IMG/VR virus record: IMGVR_UViG_3300045988_001900
Location: 1 to 6,121 of that record
Length of the DNA stretch: 6,121 nucleotides
Origin: a virus
Strand: one strand, 5' to 3'
A program made the position numbers and the translations under genes. Numbering within the stretch: the stretch's first letter is position 1; each line of letters starts with the position of its first letter. A model generated the notes under the pieces. The model was not told the DNA's origin and did not search any database. It saw only the letters and a program-made list of their open reading frames with translations. Positions 5,118 to 6,121 of the stretch are shown here, in pieces.

Positions 5118-6121
5118 ATGAGTGATTTTAATCCTTTAGACCGAGCTAAGATTCCTACCCATCGGTCTTCTTTCGACTTGAGCTCGAAAAAATTGTTTAC
5201 AGCCAAAATCGGCGAGATTCTTCCTTGCTATTGGCAGATTGCTATTCCCAATACGAAATATCGTATTTCCTCTGACTGGTTTACCCGTACTGTTCCGGTT
5301 AATACGGCTGCTTATACTCGTATTAAGGAATATTATGACTTCTACGCTGTGCCGTTACGTCTGATTTCCCGTGCTCTTCCGCAGGCATTTACCCAAGTGA
5401 CTAATTATATGACGAGTGCGTCAAGTGGTGATGAGAATACTACTGCATTAAGTTCTGTCCCTTATACTACTATGGCTCAGTTTAATAATCTATTGCTTAC
5501 TCTGAACGCTGGGGACCAGTCTAATGCTCGTGATGATGCTGGTCTTCCCTATGTCTATGGTACTTGTAAGTTATTGGATTTACTTGGCTATGGGTCTATA
5601 ATTGATAAGACTAATACGGCTAAGGCTGCGATTACTAAGAAATATTTGGGTCTTGATGGTCTTGGCGATGGAGATAACCCCCTTGTGTACTCTGTAAGTC
5701 AGACAGTAAATATGCTTCCTATTTTCACTTATCAGAAGATTTATTTTGATTTCTTCAGCAATTCCCAATGGGAGAAGCATTTAGCTTATGCTTATAATGT
5801 GGATTATTGGCAAGGCACCAGTTATATTACATTATACCCCGATATGCTTAAGCTGCGCTATGCAAATTATCCGAAAGACTACTTTATGGGTATGCTTCCC
5901 TCTTCTCAGTATGGTTCGGTAGCTGTTTTGCCTCAGTCTTATTCTCCTTCTATTTCCTCTAACTTGATTCTTTCTTATAATTCGGTTCCTTCTACTTCTG
6001 GGGTGACTAATCCTGTCGGTACCACTTCTGTTATTACTGACTCTTCTAACTCTTCGGGTTCTCCTCGCTCTTTGCGTCTTAATTCTGACCTTTCCGCCCT
6101 CTCAATCCGTGCAACAGAATA
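5118..6121 (+). CDS. VP1: Microviridae major capsid protein (VP1/F-like), N-terminal part. It has no in-window stop and continues at the left edge of the window through the terminal duplication.
   Basis: This ORF is absent from the supplied track because it has no in-window stop. Hand translation from ATG 5118 (TAA at 5112-5114 lies just upstream in frame) gives 334 codons with no stop: MSDFNPLDRAKIPTHRSSFDLSSKKLFTAKIGEILPCYWQIAIPNTKYRISSDWFTRTVPVNTAAYTRIKEYYDFYAVPLRLI... Blocks I recall as typical of microvirus capsids are present: the R-x-x-F-D/L-S start, the aromatic block ending in VP-x-R-L, YQKIYFDFF, and KDYF-x-G-x-LP-x-x-QYG. The frame matches ORF 6..794 once 6067 is equated with position 1 (6072-5118 = 954 = 3x318). 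Codon third positions are T-rich, as in the other genes. Confidence 0.93.
   Translation, partial: MSDFNPLDRAKIPTHRSSFDLSSKKLFTAKIGEILPCYWQIAIPNTKYRISSDWFTRTVPVNTAAYTRIKEYYDFYAVPLRLISRALPQAFTQVTNYMTSASSGDENTTALSSVPYTTMAQFNNLLLTLNAGDQSNARDDAGLPYVYGTCKLLDLLGYGSIIDKTNTAKAAITKKYLGLDGLGDGDNPLVYSVSQTVNMLPIFTYQKIYFDFFSNSQWEKHLAYAYNVDYWQGTSYITLYPDMLKLRYANYPKDYFMGMLPSSQYGSVAVLPQSYSPSISSNLILSYNSVPSTSGVTNPVGTTSVITDSSNSSGSPRSLRLNSDLSALSIRATE
6067..6121. repeat. Terminal direct repeat (right copy), an assembly overlap of a circular genome
   Basis: Exact 55-nt copy of positions 1-55. The capsid reading frame is preserved across the junction. Confidence 0.97.

Overview
The window is a complete, circularly permuted Microviridae (ssDNA phage) genome of about 6,066 nt. 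Positions 6067-6121 repeat positions 1-55 exactly, and the major capsid gene runs off the right edge and resumes in frame at the left edge. Every gene I can support is on the + strand. In order they are: VP1 major capsid (5118 across the junction to 794, about 580 aa), a 146-aa acidic protein (806-1246), and a VP2-like pilot/minor capsid protein (1246-2388). Next comes the only large noncoding block (2389-2845), followed by a three-ORF accessory cluster and a 559-aa HUH replication initiator (3421-5100). The accessory cluster holds a 64-aa acidic ORF, a 27-aa single-TM peptide and a 102-aa M15-family zinc peptidase. Genome size, the large Rep, A/T-rich start contexts without Shine-Dalgarno motifs, and one exact Bacteroides-type TTTG-N19-TAnnTTTG promoter suggest an Alpavirinae-like phage of a Bacteroidetes host; this is inference, not a search result. 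The most unusual element is a roughly 285-nt island at 2461-2745. It is about 50% GC, closed in all frames and dense with hairpins, and it sits in an otherwise tightly packed, T-rich genome. On the virion strand it carries both GCGAAGC and GCGAAAGC, the sequences known to form exceptionally stable ssDNA mini-hairpins. I read it as a candidate complementary-strand origin or an undescribed structured RNA. Secondary points of interest are an enzymatic lysis module (TM peptide translationally coupled to an M15 peptidase), atypical for the family, and a 181-codon basic ORF overprinted on the Rep catalytic core. No rRNA, tRNA, CRISPR array, integrase or transposase is visible.
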